31,617 nt of DNA, taken from positions 1 through 31,617 of IMG/VR virus record IMGVR_UViG_3300037790_000017, one strand, 5' to 3'. This document shows positions 8,150 through 16,544 of this stretch, piece after piece. Positions within the stretch are counted from its first letter, which is position 1. The number at the start of each line of letters is the position of its first letter. This DNA comes from a virus (lineage: Duplodnaviria > Caudoviricetes). The notes under the pieces are model-generated. The model did no database searches. It worked only from the letters and a program-made list of their open reading frames with translations, and was not told the DNA's origin. The translations under genes were made by a program, and so were the position numbers.

Positions 8150-8178
8150 AGAGGCACATAACAACAGAGGGAATTACC

Positions 8179-8256
8179 ATGAAAGAATCACACAAAATGC
8201 TTATTTGCTGCGCTATGGCTATCATCTGCGGCCTGTGCTTGGCGGGAGGTCTGTGA
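8179..8256 (+). CDS. 25-aa hydrophobic Cys-rich peptide (absent from the ORF track)
   Basis: GAGGG RBS; MKESHKMLICCAMAIICGLCLAGGL; TGATG coupling to the next gene. Confidence 0.55.
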   Translation: MKESHKMLICCAMAIICGLCLAGGL

Positions 8257-8414
8257 TGGACAAATGGCGCGATCCGACAATAAAGACTGACGATGAGCAT
8301 ATTCTGTTCGCCGGTCAGCGTAAGGGCAACAGCAAGCGGGCGCTGGTTGTTACGGTAATCTGCGTACTGCTTTGGATTGGGATGATTTGGGTTAATCAAG
8401 GGGGTGGGGTGTGA
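8256..8414 (+). CDS. Small single-TM membrane protein
   Basis: GGAGG RBS; ALVVTVICVLLWIGMIWV; start 8256 preferred over 8013. Confidence 0.6.
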   Translation: MDKWRDPTIKTDDEHILFAGQRKGNSKRALVVTVICVLLWIGMIWVNQGGGV

Positions 8415-8884
8415 GTGATGCGATTAGTAAGGCGATTGCGATTTCTGAAGAGCTAAAGCAAGCGAACAAAGTGCCAGCCAATTACGACCCTGACGGGTGG
8501 AATGCACAAACATGCAGCTTAGTGCGTCGCGCAAGCGAAGCAATTGATTCCCTTCTCGACCTGCAACACGCTGGGCAGGGGGAGGCTGTTACAGCAGAAC
8601 AGGTGATAGAGCAGACTGGGACAGTTCTGTGCGGAAGCAAATCAAACTGGTCTGAGGCCGTCCCCGTTGAAAGCCTTGAAGATTACTTCACTGCAAACAA
8701 GCTCTACACCCACCCACAGCCAGCAGTGCCGGACGGGGAGATTATTGCGTTGCTCGGAGTTATGTGCGGCTGGTTTGAATATTTGACACGGATTGCTGGA
8801 TGGACATCTGAAAATGCACCCGCCGCATTTGCCGGTTACAGAAAATCAAAAGCAGCCCTGCTATCAGCAGCCAAGGAGGAGTGA
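8411..8884 (+). CDS. Mosaic hypothetical protein (LYTHPQPAVPDG motif)
   Basis: GTGA overlap; motif typical of Eaa/DUF551-like mosaic phage proteins. Confidence 0.7.
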   Translation: MSDAISKAIAISEELKQANKVPANYDPDGWNAQTCSLVRRASEAIDSLLDLQHAGQGEAVTAEQVIEQTGTVLCGSKSNWSEAVPVESLEDYFTANKLYTHPQPAVPDGEIIALLGVMCGWFEYLTRIAGWTSENAPAAFAGYRKSKAALLSAAKEE

Positions 8885-9120
8885 TGGCAACGGTTAGGAT
8901 TTTAGAGAGGCGTAATTCCCAAGATTGCGGCTGTCCAGAAGAGCACATAGAGATACACGGCTTTGCCGAAGCGATCCTACACATGGAGCCTGACGGATCA
9001 GGCGAAGCATTTATAGATTTTGGGGATACGCAGGAAGAAAAGGAATTTCAATGCACGGACATCGATGACCTGCGACGAAAGGTGGTCGATTACATTACCT
9101 CATTAGAGATGGTTGATTGA
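8881..9120 (+). CDS. Acidic hypothetical protein
   Basis: AAGGAGG RBS; coupled start. Confidence 0.7.
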   Translation: MMATVRILERRNSQDCGCPEEHIEIHGFAEAILHMEPDGSGEAFIDFGDTQEEKEFQCTDIDDLRRKVVDYITSLEMVD

Positions 9121-9145
9121 TTGGCGCACAAGCGCAGGAGTCGTG

Positions 9146-9982
9146 ATGAACATAGCAAAAGAACGACATATGGCAATAATCGGGATGCTGATCCTTTCAG
9201 CATTTGGAGCATGGGCTGATTACGCAGACGCCCAACAGCGATACTGGATCGCCCCGCCGAAGGTGGTGTATGAGCTTGCCGGTAGTCCTCTGACCGAGGA
9301 GCAATACGTGTTCGGCATCAAATATGCGGCATGGTCTCTGTCCCAACGGTTGAACGTGAATATAACCGTACTCGGCGCAGGAACGAACGGCAATGGGATA
9401 ATTCACCACGCGTGGAAGCCTACGCTTAACATGCCGGGTGGTGATATTTTCGCCCACGGAGTAACGAACAGCACTTACTACCCAAGCGATAATTCGATGC
9501 TGAAGGCTGACATATCCTATAACCGAGACTTGGTGACAGCGTTTGACGATCACTTTGCCCGCGTCATGGTGCATGAGATGGCTCACGCTATGGGCTTTGA
9601 CGGGCATTCAGACGACCCGAACGATGTGATGTTTTGGAGCGCCGACGAGCACAGTCGTTATGCCTTGACCGCTAACGACGTGATGCAGTTTGATAATCGG
9701 TATATTAAATCAATCTGTCACGCTGAAATGACGCCAGACTTAGACGTGTACGTTCCGGCAATAGGCGGGTATGGTGTTATGCTTCGCCGTGTGGACGATA
9801 CGGCATGGCGAATAGGGTATGTGCATGATTCTGGCTATCATTGCTCAGGATCGATTACAGACGCCCCTGCGGGTGCCGGATACGATTACGATGTAGTGAT
9901 AGACGAGATACGCAGTTTTGAGCAGTCGTACAGTAACGTGCGGCTAAAGATGGTTGGTGATGTTCTGACTTTGGTGGAGTGA
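9146..9982 (+). CDS. Predicted secreted zinc metallopeptidase (metzincin, matrixin/M10-like)
   Basis: HEMAHAMGFDGHS zinc motif followed by DVM Met-turn; signal-peptide-like AIIGMLILSAFGAWA; AGGAG RBS before 9146. Confidence 0.8.
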   Translation: MNIAKERHMAIIGMLILSAFGAWADYADAQQRYWIAPPKVVYELAGSPLTEEQYVFGIKYAAWSLSQRLNVNITVLGAGTNGNGIIHHAWKPTLNMPGGDIFAHGVTNSTYYPSDNSMLKADISYNRDLVTAFDDHFARVMVHEMAHAMGFDGHSDDPNDVMFWSADEHSRYALTANDVMQFDNRYIKSICHAEMTPDLDVYVPAIGGYGVMLRRVDDTAWRIGYVHDSGYHCSGSITDAPAGAGYDYDVVIDEIRSFEQSYSNVRLKMVGDVLTLVE

Positions 9983-9985
9983 GAT

Positions 9986-10258
9986 ATGAGTGCTAATAAA
10001 AGAGTGTTCGTATTGTTTGCAGAAGAAAGCTATGCCGCTCCGAGCATTGTTGGAATTTATGCTTCGGAAGGTTCTGCAAACGAAAAGAAAAGAGCCTTGG
10101 AATTGGCGCAAGAAGCACAGCCGGACGAGATAGAATTTGATAGCGACGATGATTGGATGCAGGCTTTTGATGGGTGGAAAGAATCCAATAAGGAAATATT
10201 CGACTGGCTTTATTGGGACAGTTTCAGGGTTGCCGAATTTGAGGTAGAGGGGAAATGA
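9986..10258 (+). CDS. Acidic hypothetical protein
   Basis: GGAG RBS; fits operon packing. Confidence 0.7.
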   Translation: MSANKRVFVLFAEESYAAPSIVGIYASEGSANEKKRALELAQEAQPDEIEFDSDDDWMQAFDGWKESNKEIFDWLYWDSFRVAEFEVEGK

Positions 10259-10446
10259 CCGGCGCATTCACAGAGCTTGCACAACAGATCGCGCAAATCG
10301 CAAAAGAGCGGCACGTTGCCCAATCAACCATGCGCGAGTGCATTAGACTGATTGACGAGCATGTGGCGTCAGATGATGGGGATGCTGACCTGTTGTTGGC
10401 TGAGATTAAGATACGGTTGCGGGATGGTTTGGAGGGTAGAGGATGA
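10255..10446 (+). CDS. Hypothetical protein
   Basis: ATGA overlaps; GAGG RBS. Confidence 0.65.
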   Translation: MTGAFTELAQQIAQIAKERHVAQSTMRECIRLIDEHVASDDGDADLLLAEIKIRLRDGLEGRG

Positions 10447-10802
10447 GCGCATCAGAAATTAAGAAGATACAAGTCCAGATCACAGAATGCCGGTCAATGA
10501 TTCAAAAGTACCGAGACATAGCCAAGGAAGCGTCCGAGTCGGTAGACCTTGAGAAGATCAAACTAGAACGCCTTGAGGCTGAGTTGAAGCGGCTTGAGCA
10601 ATCGGGCAAACAACCAAAGGTAACGGAACATGCAATCATTCGCTATGTCGAGCGCGTATACGGCATTAGCCAACAGGAGCTTACAGATTCAATCATCGGG
10701 AACTATGGGGAGGCAATCAGGCAAATACAGAACGGCGAAATCAAGACGGCTGGCGGCTATACGCTGCGAGTCAAAAACAGTGTAGTGGTTACAATTATTT
10801 AA
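10443..10802 (+). CDS. Coiled-coil protein with C-terminal TEHAIIRYVER domain
   Basis: Heptad-like N-terminus; VTEHAIIRYVERV motif recurrent in phage hypotheticals. Confidence 0.7.
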   Translation: MSASEIKKIQVQITECRSMIQKYRDIAKEASESVDLEKIKLERLEAELKRLEQSGKQPKVTEHAIIRYVERVYGISQQELTDSIIGNYGEAIRQIQNGEIKTAGGYTLRVKNSVVVTII

Positions 10803-10814
10803 CTGGAGATTATC

Positions 10815-11054
10815 ATGCTTAGACTTGAATATACTTTGATTGGTTTTATTTTCGTAATGATGGGAGTTACAGAAATCCTTGAGGCGATTATTGAGCCAGT
10901 TTCTAATTGGGGGATTTTTGGCGGGGTTATCTCCTTGTCTATCGGCGCGCCTATGGTATGGCGTGGTTTGTTTGGTGACGTTAAGTCCTACTTTCAGGGC
11001 AGGATTGACAACGACCAGCCGGTAATTACGGCTTCATTTAGCCGTCGGAAATAA
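10815..11054 (+). CDS. Two-TM membrane protein
   Basis: GGAG RBS; two hydrophobic segments. Confidence 0.65.
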   Translation: MLRLEYTLIGFIFVMMGVTEILEAIIEPVSNWGIFGGVISLSIGAPMVWRGLFGDVKSYFQGRIDNDQPVITASFSRRK

Positions 11055-11075
11055 CGCAATTAGGAGGTTATTGTT

Positions 11076-11285
11076 ATGGATGTATTCCTGTTAATAGCGC
11101 CAAACATTTGCGCGATCTTGCTAACGATAATTGTCTGCCTGACTGCAAGGGATTGGCTTGACGCATGGCATCGGGAGTACATCCAGCGGCTAAAGCGCAG
11201 AGATGCGGAATTGCAGATCATGCTGCATTGGGTGGTTACTGGATTGCCAGCTACTGACCACACCCCAACGACTCAGCCAAAGTAA
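11076..11285 (+). CDS. Single-TM membrane protein, last gene of the + operon
   Basis: AGGAGG RBS; hydrophobic N-terminus. Confidence 0.6.
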   Translation: MDVFLLIAPNICAILLTIIVCLTARDWLDAWHREYIQRLKRRDAELQIMLHWVVTGLPATDHTPTTQPK

Positions 11286-11478
11286 CGACATCATCAACGG
11301 TCAGCCTTTGGGCCAGCTCACTGTCAGACAGCCACAGAGCGCGCCCACGGGCTTCCGTTTTGGTGAAGGTGCCGATTATCGAGAAGTCGCCGCAGCCTGC
11401 AACGGCACCGCGAGGGACGCCATTAGAGGCACACGAAACCATAAATAGAGCCAATATACAGATTGTAATCTTTTTCAT
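11251..11478 (-). CDS. Lipoprotein, possibly spanin-like lysis accessory
   Basis: MKKITICILALFMVSC lipoprotein-type signal; ATGA overlap with the upstream gene; end of the lysis cassette. Confidence 0.7.
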   Translation of the reverse strand: MKKITICILALFMVSCASNGVPRGAVAGCGDFSIIGTFTKTEARGRALWLSDSELAQRLTVDDVVTLAESLGCGQ

Positions 11479-11852
11479 GAAAACCACCCTTTAACAGTTT
11501 GATAGGTGCGCACGGCGCGATACATCGCCCGCCGCTGAGTAAATCGAACGTCCAGCACACGCATAGCCTCCAAAAATACCGCATCGGCTTCGACCTGTGA
11601 TATACCCAGCTCGACCTTATGCACGCACAGATAATCGTGCAGCACGGCAGCGGGGATGTGCGGGCCGTTCACCTGGATGACGGACTGCAAAAACCACGGG
11701 ATACTTGCGAAGTCTGTTTCAAATCCGACCGGCACAGTAAACGCGCGCCCCAGCTTTGCAGAATAAAACTCCAGCGGCTTGCTGATCTGGAACAGCTCGG
11801 CACCGATTGGCCGCTTTGTCCATACGGCATCTGATATGAAATGCGCTTTCAC
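11475..11852 (-). CDS. DUF1353-family protein
   Basis: VPVGFETDFASIP...AAVLHDYL...ADAVFLEAM signature. Confidence 0.85.
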   Translation of the reverse strand: MKAHFISDAVWTKRPIGAELFQISKPLEFYSAKLGRAFTVPVGFETDFASIPWFLQSVIQVNGPHIPAAVLHDYLCVHKVELGISQVEADAVFLEAMRVLDVRFTQRRAMYRAVRTYQTVKGWFS

Positions 11853-12400
11853 AACATCACCCGATGCTTAATCCACCCAAACACAAAATCCTCATTCGGC
11901 GCGTGATGCTCCACCGCTGTGATTATCAGGTGATGACCCTGCATCACATTCAACGCCGTAGCCAGCACCGCCTCTCCGCCCTGCGTGCGCCGGTGCCGCA
12001 TGAAATCAGACAGCGCGCCCAGTGTTGCCGGTCCGATATTGCCGTCCTCTTTTATGTCGCGGTACAGTCGTTCGCGCTGGTTCATCCGGTTCAGGCAGAT
12101 TTGCAGCCACCTGGATGCAGTCGCAACACCTGATAGCACGCCGCTATCCAGCAGCTCAACACCCACGCTCGGCGCGACATCGTGAACCTTATCAAAATTC
12201 GGCCTGCGCCAGTATTCAGACAGATAAATCGCCTCAGCCTGCGCAGTAGTCAGATCCCGCATGTCGCCCTGATAGCCATTAGCCCGCGCCACGCGCTCGG
12301 TGACGCCGTATTTCGTCGGGCCGCCACGGTCTGAGGCGTGATCGACGAACCCGCCCTCGGTGCGGATCAGGTCGGCTATGATCTCGGCTGGTGTTCGCAC
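11849..12400 (-). CDS. Endolysin, glycoside hydrolase family 108 with peptidoglycan-binding C-terminus
   Basis: EGGFVDHASDRGGPTKYGVT catalytic motif; DGNIGPATL; FVFGWIKHRV; GTG start at 12400 with GGAG RBS. Confidence 0.9.
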   Translation of the reverse strand: MRTPAEIIADLIRTEGGFVDHASDRGGPTKYGVTERVARANGYQGDMRDLTTAQAEAIYLSEYWRRPNFDKVHDVAPSVGVELLDSGVLSGVATASRWLQICLNRMNQRERLYRDIKEDGNIGPATLGALSDFMRHRRTQGGEAVLATALNVMQGHHLIITAVEHHAPNEDFVFGWIKHRVML

Positions 12401-12723
12401 GTCAATTGCTCCAAAGTGGATATTCTGTCGCGCAGCTCGGTGATAATGCGGTCGCGTGCGTCCAGCCTGGAATTGTGCTCGGCACATATTTGCGTGATCC
12501 GCTCCTCGCAGAATTTGCGCTCAGCCAGCTGACCGTCCTCCAGCATCTGCACCCGCTGAAGCAGGTGAGCGGTCAGCGCCGTGCGCTCATCCACGCTGAT
12601 ACGTTTAAGGCCTACCTTTGCATTGAGAAGCGCGAGCCCCAACGTAAAAAGGCTGCCGGACACGGCTGTGCCGACGTATTTCATCCACTCGGGCAAGCTG
12701 TCAAACATAGCTGCGCGCTCCAT
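12376..12723 (-). CDS. Putative holin-like protein (one TM plus coiled coil)
   Basis: Hydrophobic VGTAVSGSLFTLGLALL; directly upstream of the endolysin; second Met at codon 6. Confidence 0.55.
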   Translation of the reverse strand: MERAAMFDSLPEWMKYVGTAVSGSLFTLGLALLNAKVGLKRISVDERTALTAHLLQRVQMLEDGQLAERKFCEERITQICAEHNSRLDARDRIITELRDRISTLEQLTCEHQPRS

Positions 12724-12758
12724 CTAAAATTTCTCCAATTTTATCACGACATTAAAGC

Positions 12759-13136
12759 TCATTCTGTGACCCTTTGCGCAAAAACACGATACGGATTATT
12801 CGGCGCTTTGGCCTGCCCGTTTTCGTCCGTCACAAACCATTGCGATATATCATCCAAAGCCGCCTGCACCTGCGGATTGTCCGACGCCTGAGCCAGAGCT
12901 AACAGGTTATGTGGTGTAATCAGATTGGCATGGATGTACGGCACGCCTTGATCATCAGTGATTGGTTCGGTGATCGCAAACCCGTCCTCGTCAGTCTCGC
13001 CCGTTGGCACACGGATTTCTCCGATGTAGTCTAGATATCCGCCGCCTGTTGCTACCCCGTCACTCAGCACACCCAGCGCCTCACCGAGCATCAGCAGAGA
13101 TTCATAGTCTGTTGTGCGCAGGTGGTAGGTTTTCAT
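12759..13136 (-). CDS. Hypothetical protein coupled to the fibre gene (possible fibre chaperone)
   Basis: ATGA overlap with 13133..14350; function inferred from position only. Confidence 0.6.
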   Translation of the reverse strand: MKTYHLRTTDYESLLMLGEALGVLSDGVATGGGYLDYIGEIRVPTGETDEDGFAITEPITDDQGVPYIHANLITPHNLLALAQASDNPQVQAALDDISQWFVTDENGQAKAPNNPYRVFAQRVTE

Positions 13137-14350
13137 TGTGACAGCCTCTGCAATGTGGCGTTGCTCAGTCTGCGGGGGTAGTAGGTGATGCGGGCTATTG
13201 TGCCGTTCCAGTAATTAGAAGCGTTGCCCGTTATTGGCGCGCCAATAATCAGCCGGTCAATTCCAGATGGCACCGAGCCACTAGAATCAGCAGTTGCAGC
13301 CTGCCCATTGGACGATTGCGCAAAATCATTCGCCTTATATGAGGCAGCCACTTTGCCGACAGTGCCATCAGGGAATCCATTTGCTGCGGTTATGTTTGCC
13401 TGAGTCGCGCCACCGTCTAAAACTATAAATCCGCTTTCAAGGGACGACCCTCGATAAATCTCGATTAGATTATTTGTTGTTCCGTCGCTGACTTCGGCAA
13501 TAACGGGGAATCCTCCCGCCACCTGATCACCAATCCCCTCAACAACAAACGTCCCCTCATCCTGATTATAAAAATCACTGAACGCACTGCCGGTTATTTG
13601 AGCTGAGTCGGCGAGGCGCGTAACCTGTGAGCCAGCAGTGGGGATGTAGGAGGATGCGCGGGAGCCGGTTTCTAGTTGAGCGCCCCATATTAGAACGCTG
13701 CCGTAGCAGTCAGGGTCTAATGAGCCATCGGCTGCAATTGCTCCCAAGTTTACGTCGCAGGCGGTGCCGCCATCCCTTAGCAGGCCAGAAAGCTCAAGTC
13801 TCTGCCAATCAGAAGTCAGCTCTACTTTTTGGCTTATCCCAGTATTGAACGCATCTGCATTTGTCGTCGTAGCCCTTATATGAGTAGCAGAACCCGTAGC
13901 AGCGGATTTTACGAATAAACTGAAGTCGCCCACTGTGGCAGAAGGGAAAGCTGTGCGCTGGAAAATACTGCCCTTAGATGCGGAAAAAGTTATCTCTGAT
14001 GCGGAAAGGCTGCCATCGGGGGATATTGCTGCGGCGGGCGTGATAGGCACTCCGGAACTATTTGTCCAAACCACAGTGGTGAAGTCCTCAGAGGACAGTA
14101 TTAGATTCGTCCCAGCCGCCTCAACCCGCAATCCCAGCGACTCGCCGGTCAGTGGATCGTGGTCGAATACTGGCTCGCCGGAGGCGGCAAACTGGCCGAC
14201 GCCGTTCTCGTCGAAGTACATGCCGGATGAACTTGCGCGTGCAAACGTAACCAGCCCGCCTAGCTCTTTCCAGATGGAAAATTTAAGGTCTAGCGTTGCC
14301 TGACTGTCTGGACGCGTCCAGCTCAGATAATTAACGGGAGGAAGGATCAT
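13133..14350 (-). CDS. Virion fibre/spike protein with carbohydrate-binding and LamG-like domains
   Basis: TFARASS...GLRVEAAGTNLI, WGAQLETG..ASSYIPT and NGTIARITYYPRRL motifs typical of phage fibre/spike proteins. Confidence 0.7.
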   Translation of the reverse strand: MILPPVNYLSWTRPDSQATLDLKFSIWKELGGLVTFARASSSGMYFDENGVGQFAASGEPVFDHDPLTGESLGLRVEAAGTNLILSSEDFTTVVWTNSSGVPITPAAAISPDGSLSASEITFSASKGSIFQRTAFPSATVGDFSLFVKSAATGSATHIRATTTNADAFNTGISQKVELTSDWQRLELSGLLRDGGTACDVNLGAIAADGSLDPDCYGSVLIWGAQLETGSRASSYIPTAGSQVTRLADSAQITGSAFSDFYNQDEGTFVVEGIGDQVAGGFPVIAEVSDGTTNNLIEIYRGSSLESGFIVLDGGATQANITAANGFPDGTVGKVAASYKANDFAQSSNGQAATADSSGSVPSGIDRLIIGAPITGNASNYWNGTIARITYYPRRLSNATLQRLSQ

Positions 14351-15630
14351 AGCAGCCCCTGCAATCGAACCTCGCCACGAGCGCCGGATGTTGAGCCTTG
14401 ACCGCCGCCACCACCGGGAGCGACACCGTTTTCGCCATTGGCACCGCCATTGCCCCCGAACACGGAAGTGCCAGCGACGTTACCGCCACCAGCGCCGCCC
14501 CATACGGAGCTGCCTCCATCAGTGCCACCACCAGCGCCGCCCCAAGCAGTCGAGCCACCTGTCGCACCTCCGCCAACGCCACCGCCGTAGCCAGCGTTGT
14601 CGTTATTGTCAGAAAGAGGACGCCCAGGGGACGCAGACGCGCCACCGGCAGACAAAGCTCCACCACCAGAACCACTAGCGCCGTCAGCGCCGCCACCGCC
14701 GCCGTAAGCAGTGATAAGCGATCCGATACTTGAGTTTCCACCAGCAGTATTAACAGCACCGCCAGCACCGACAGCAATAGTCTCGGATGTTCCAAAGTCA
14801 CCGTGAGGAATATCAGCAGCCACACATGCGCCACCACCACCAGAGGCAGGTGTTCCAGTAGCGTTCCCGCCGCCGCCGCCACCCCACAAGATTGATTTAA
14901 TAGCATTGTAACCGGGTGGAGTGATGAACGATCCAGAAGCTGTAAAGGTGACGCTAAACGCATTGAGCACGATAGACTCGAAAGCGTCCTCGTCTGCATT
15001 CAGTTTAATCAGTCGAGCCTCGCCGGGATACATGACAAACGACGTAAGCCCGTCAATGGTTTCAGAGCCTGAAGGATCAAGCGTAATAGCGCCTGTCCCC
15101 ACGTTTTGGAGATAGACGAAAAAGCCAGACCCCACGGCAGACGCGCTTGAGAATGTCTGCGTGAAGGTTCCAGTGTACTGAAGTATTTTGCCAACATCCC
15201 CTGCATCAATTGGCGTGTTGCTTGTTCGCTCCTCGGTCGCAAGGGTTCCAATAGCAGCCCAATCCGCAGTAATCCCTGGCTCAGATGCTGTAATGTCGGC
15301 AAGGTTATTCAGCAGCCGCCATATTCGATTTACGTGACGAACAGAGATGCCAGCAGTAGCCGCCCCTGTTTGATCGTCCCAATCGCCGACAAAGTTTGCC
15401 GCAGCGGTAGCAGCCTGAGATGAGCTGTAAGCCGTTTGGCCGGACTCAAAAGCGGAGTCAGCGTTGAACTTGACGTTAGTGCCTAGCGCATTCATTTGTG
15501 TAGTGAACGGGCCAAGCGCAGTAGACCAAGCCAAGGCAGCAATCTCAAACTGAGCAGGCGTCTGCGTGAACCTGTTAGGCGTAGTAGGCAGGCTATCTAC
15601 TGAAGTTGGTGATACGGGAGTGTCAGCCAT
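14347..15630 (-). CDS. Tail fibre-like protein with Gly-rich C-terminus
   Basis: LQNVGTGAITLDPSGSETIDG; FTASGSFITP; many GGGGG runs; located in the tail module. Confidence 0.75.
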   Translation of the reverse strand: MADTPVSPTSVDSLPTTPNRFTQTPAQFEIAALAWSTALGPFTTQMNALGTNVKFNADSAFESGQTAYSSSQAATAAANFVGDWDDQTGAATAGISVRHVNRIWRLLNNLADITASEPGITADWAAIGTLATEERTSNTPIDAGDVGKILQYTGTFTQTFSSASAVGSGFFVYLQNVGTGAITLDPSGSETIDGLTSFVMYPGEARLIKLNADEDAFESIVLNAFSVTFTASGSFITPPGYNAIKSILWGGGGGGNATGTPASGGGGACVAADIPHGDFGTSETIAVGAGGAVNTAGGNSSIGSLITAYGGGGGADGASGSGGGALSAGGASASPGRPLSDNNDNAGYGGGVGGGATGGSTAWGGAGGGTDGGSSVWGGAGGGNVAGTSVFGGNGGANGENGVAPGGGGGQGSTSGARGEVRLQGLL

Positions 15631-16544
15631 TAGATCAAGCCCTCGATTCTGATAACAAGCTCGCTCAGAGCCGGATTAGCAATCATTATATCAAACCTAT
15701 CGTAATAACCGTAGATGATCGTGCCATCTCGGTTTTCATCTGCCGCCCATATTGCAGGAGTAGCGCGGTAATCTGCGAGTATCCTTTTCACGTTACTGAA
15801 CGCTGAGTTAGGAACGGCAACCGGAACATCGGCCACGTCTCTGTACGGGCCTTGTGAGATAGTCGCTTGGCCTCCCGTCACTTCCTTAGTTGAATAGTCA
15901 ATAATTGAGAAGTTAGCGCCATAGGTCGATTCACCCAATTGGCGCGAATAGCCAAACTTCAAAATGCCAGCAGACACAGCACCATCACCGATGAATTCAA
16001 CAGTAAATTCTGCGCCTACATTTGGAGGTATTCCATCAACGTACAGATTGGACTTTCTATCAACAGGCTCAAACAGATACGGCCACCACCCAGCCTCTGA
16101 AATAGGCGCAACCATTGAGAATGTTTCGTCAAAAATAATCCCCTCTACAGGATCATCGACCGTGATAGCAATCGAGCCTGCATTGGCATTCATTATCCCA
16201 ACGCCTGTGACGTTTGAATCAGGCGTGACCACATATTCAAAGCCATCGTTCTGTGAGGTTACATCTTGAACGATAGAGTTAAAAAGCTTCCAGCGATTAG
16301 TCGAGCCTAGATCAGTCCAGTTAGTGCCGTCATCCGTGGTTGGGTCAACGGACGAATCCCCACCAGATGCGACAGCATAGACCTTGTGAGTCGCCTCCGA
16401 GGCACCTTCAGCGGTAGTCGTAACCATCCGTTCAACGCCAGCAGACAATCCACCTGCGCCGTCCCATTCGGTCGCGTCATCTTCTGGAACGGTTGATGAA
16501 TCCAGAATGGCGTCAGTCATTGTGATTGGCTGTATTAGCTTCAT
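15630..16544 (-). CDS. Tail-tip/distal tail structural protein
   Basis: Directly follows the tape measure gene with ATGA overlap at 16544; beta-rich and acidic. Confidence 0.65.
   Translation of the reverse strand: MKLIQPITMTDAILDSSTVPEDDATEWDGAGGLSAGVERMVTTTAEGASEATHKVYAVASGGDSSVDPTTDDGTNWTDLGSTNRWKLFNSIVQDVTSQNDGFEYVVTPDSNVTGVGIMNANAGSIAITVDDPVEGIIFDETFSMVAPISEAGWWPYLFEPVDRKSNLYVDGIPPNVGAEFTVEFIGDGAVSAGILKFGYSRQLGESTYGANFSIIDYSTKEVTGGQATISQGPYRDVADVPVAVPNSAFSNVKRILADYRATPAIWAADENRDGTIIYGYYDRFDIMIANPALSELVIRIEGLI

Noticed and set aside
14331-14999. Long alternative-frame and antisense ORFs (222, 96, 111 aa) over the Gly-rich fibre gene
   Set aside because: Shadow ORFs caused by GGC/GGT codon runs lacking stops; low-complexity products
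13133-15630. Diversity-generating retroelement or invertible tail-fibre switch
   Set aside because: No reverse transcriptase, invertase or template/variable repeat pair seen in the window
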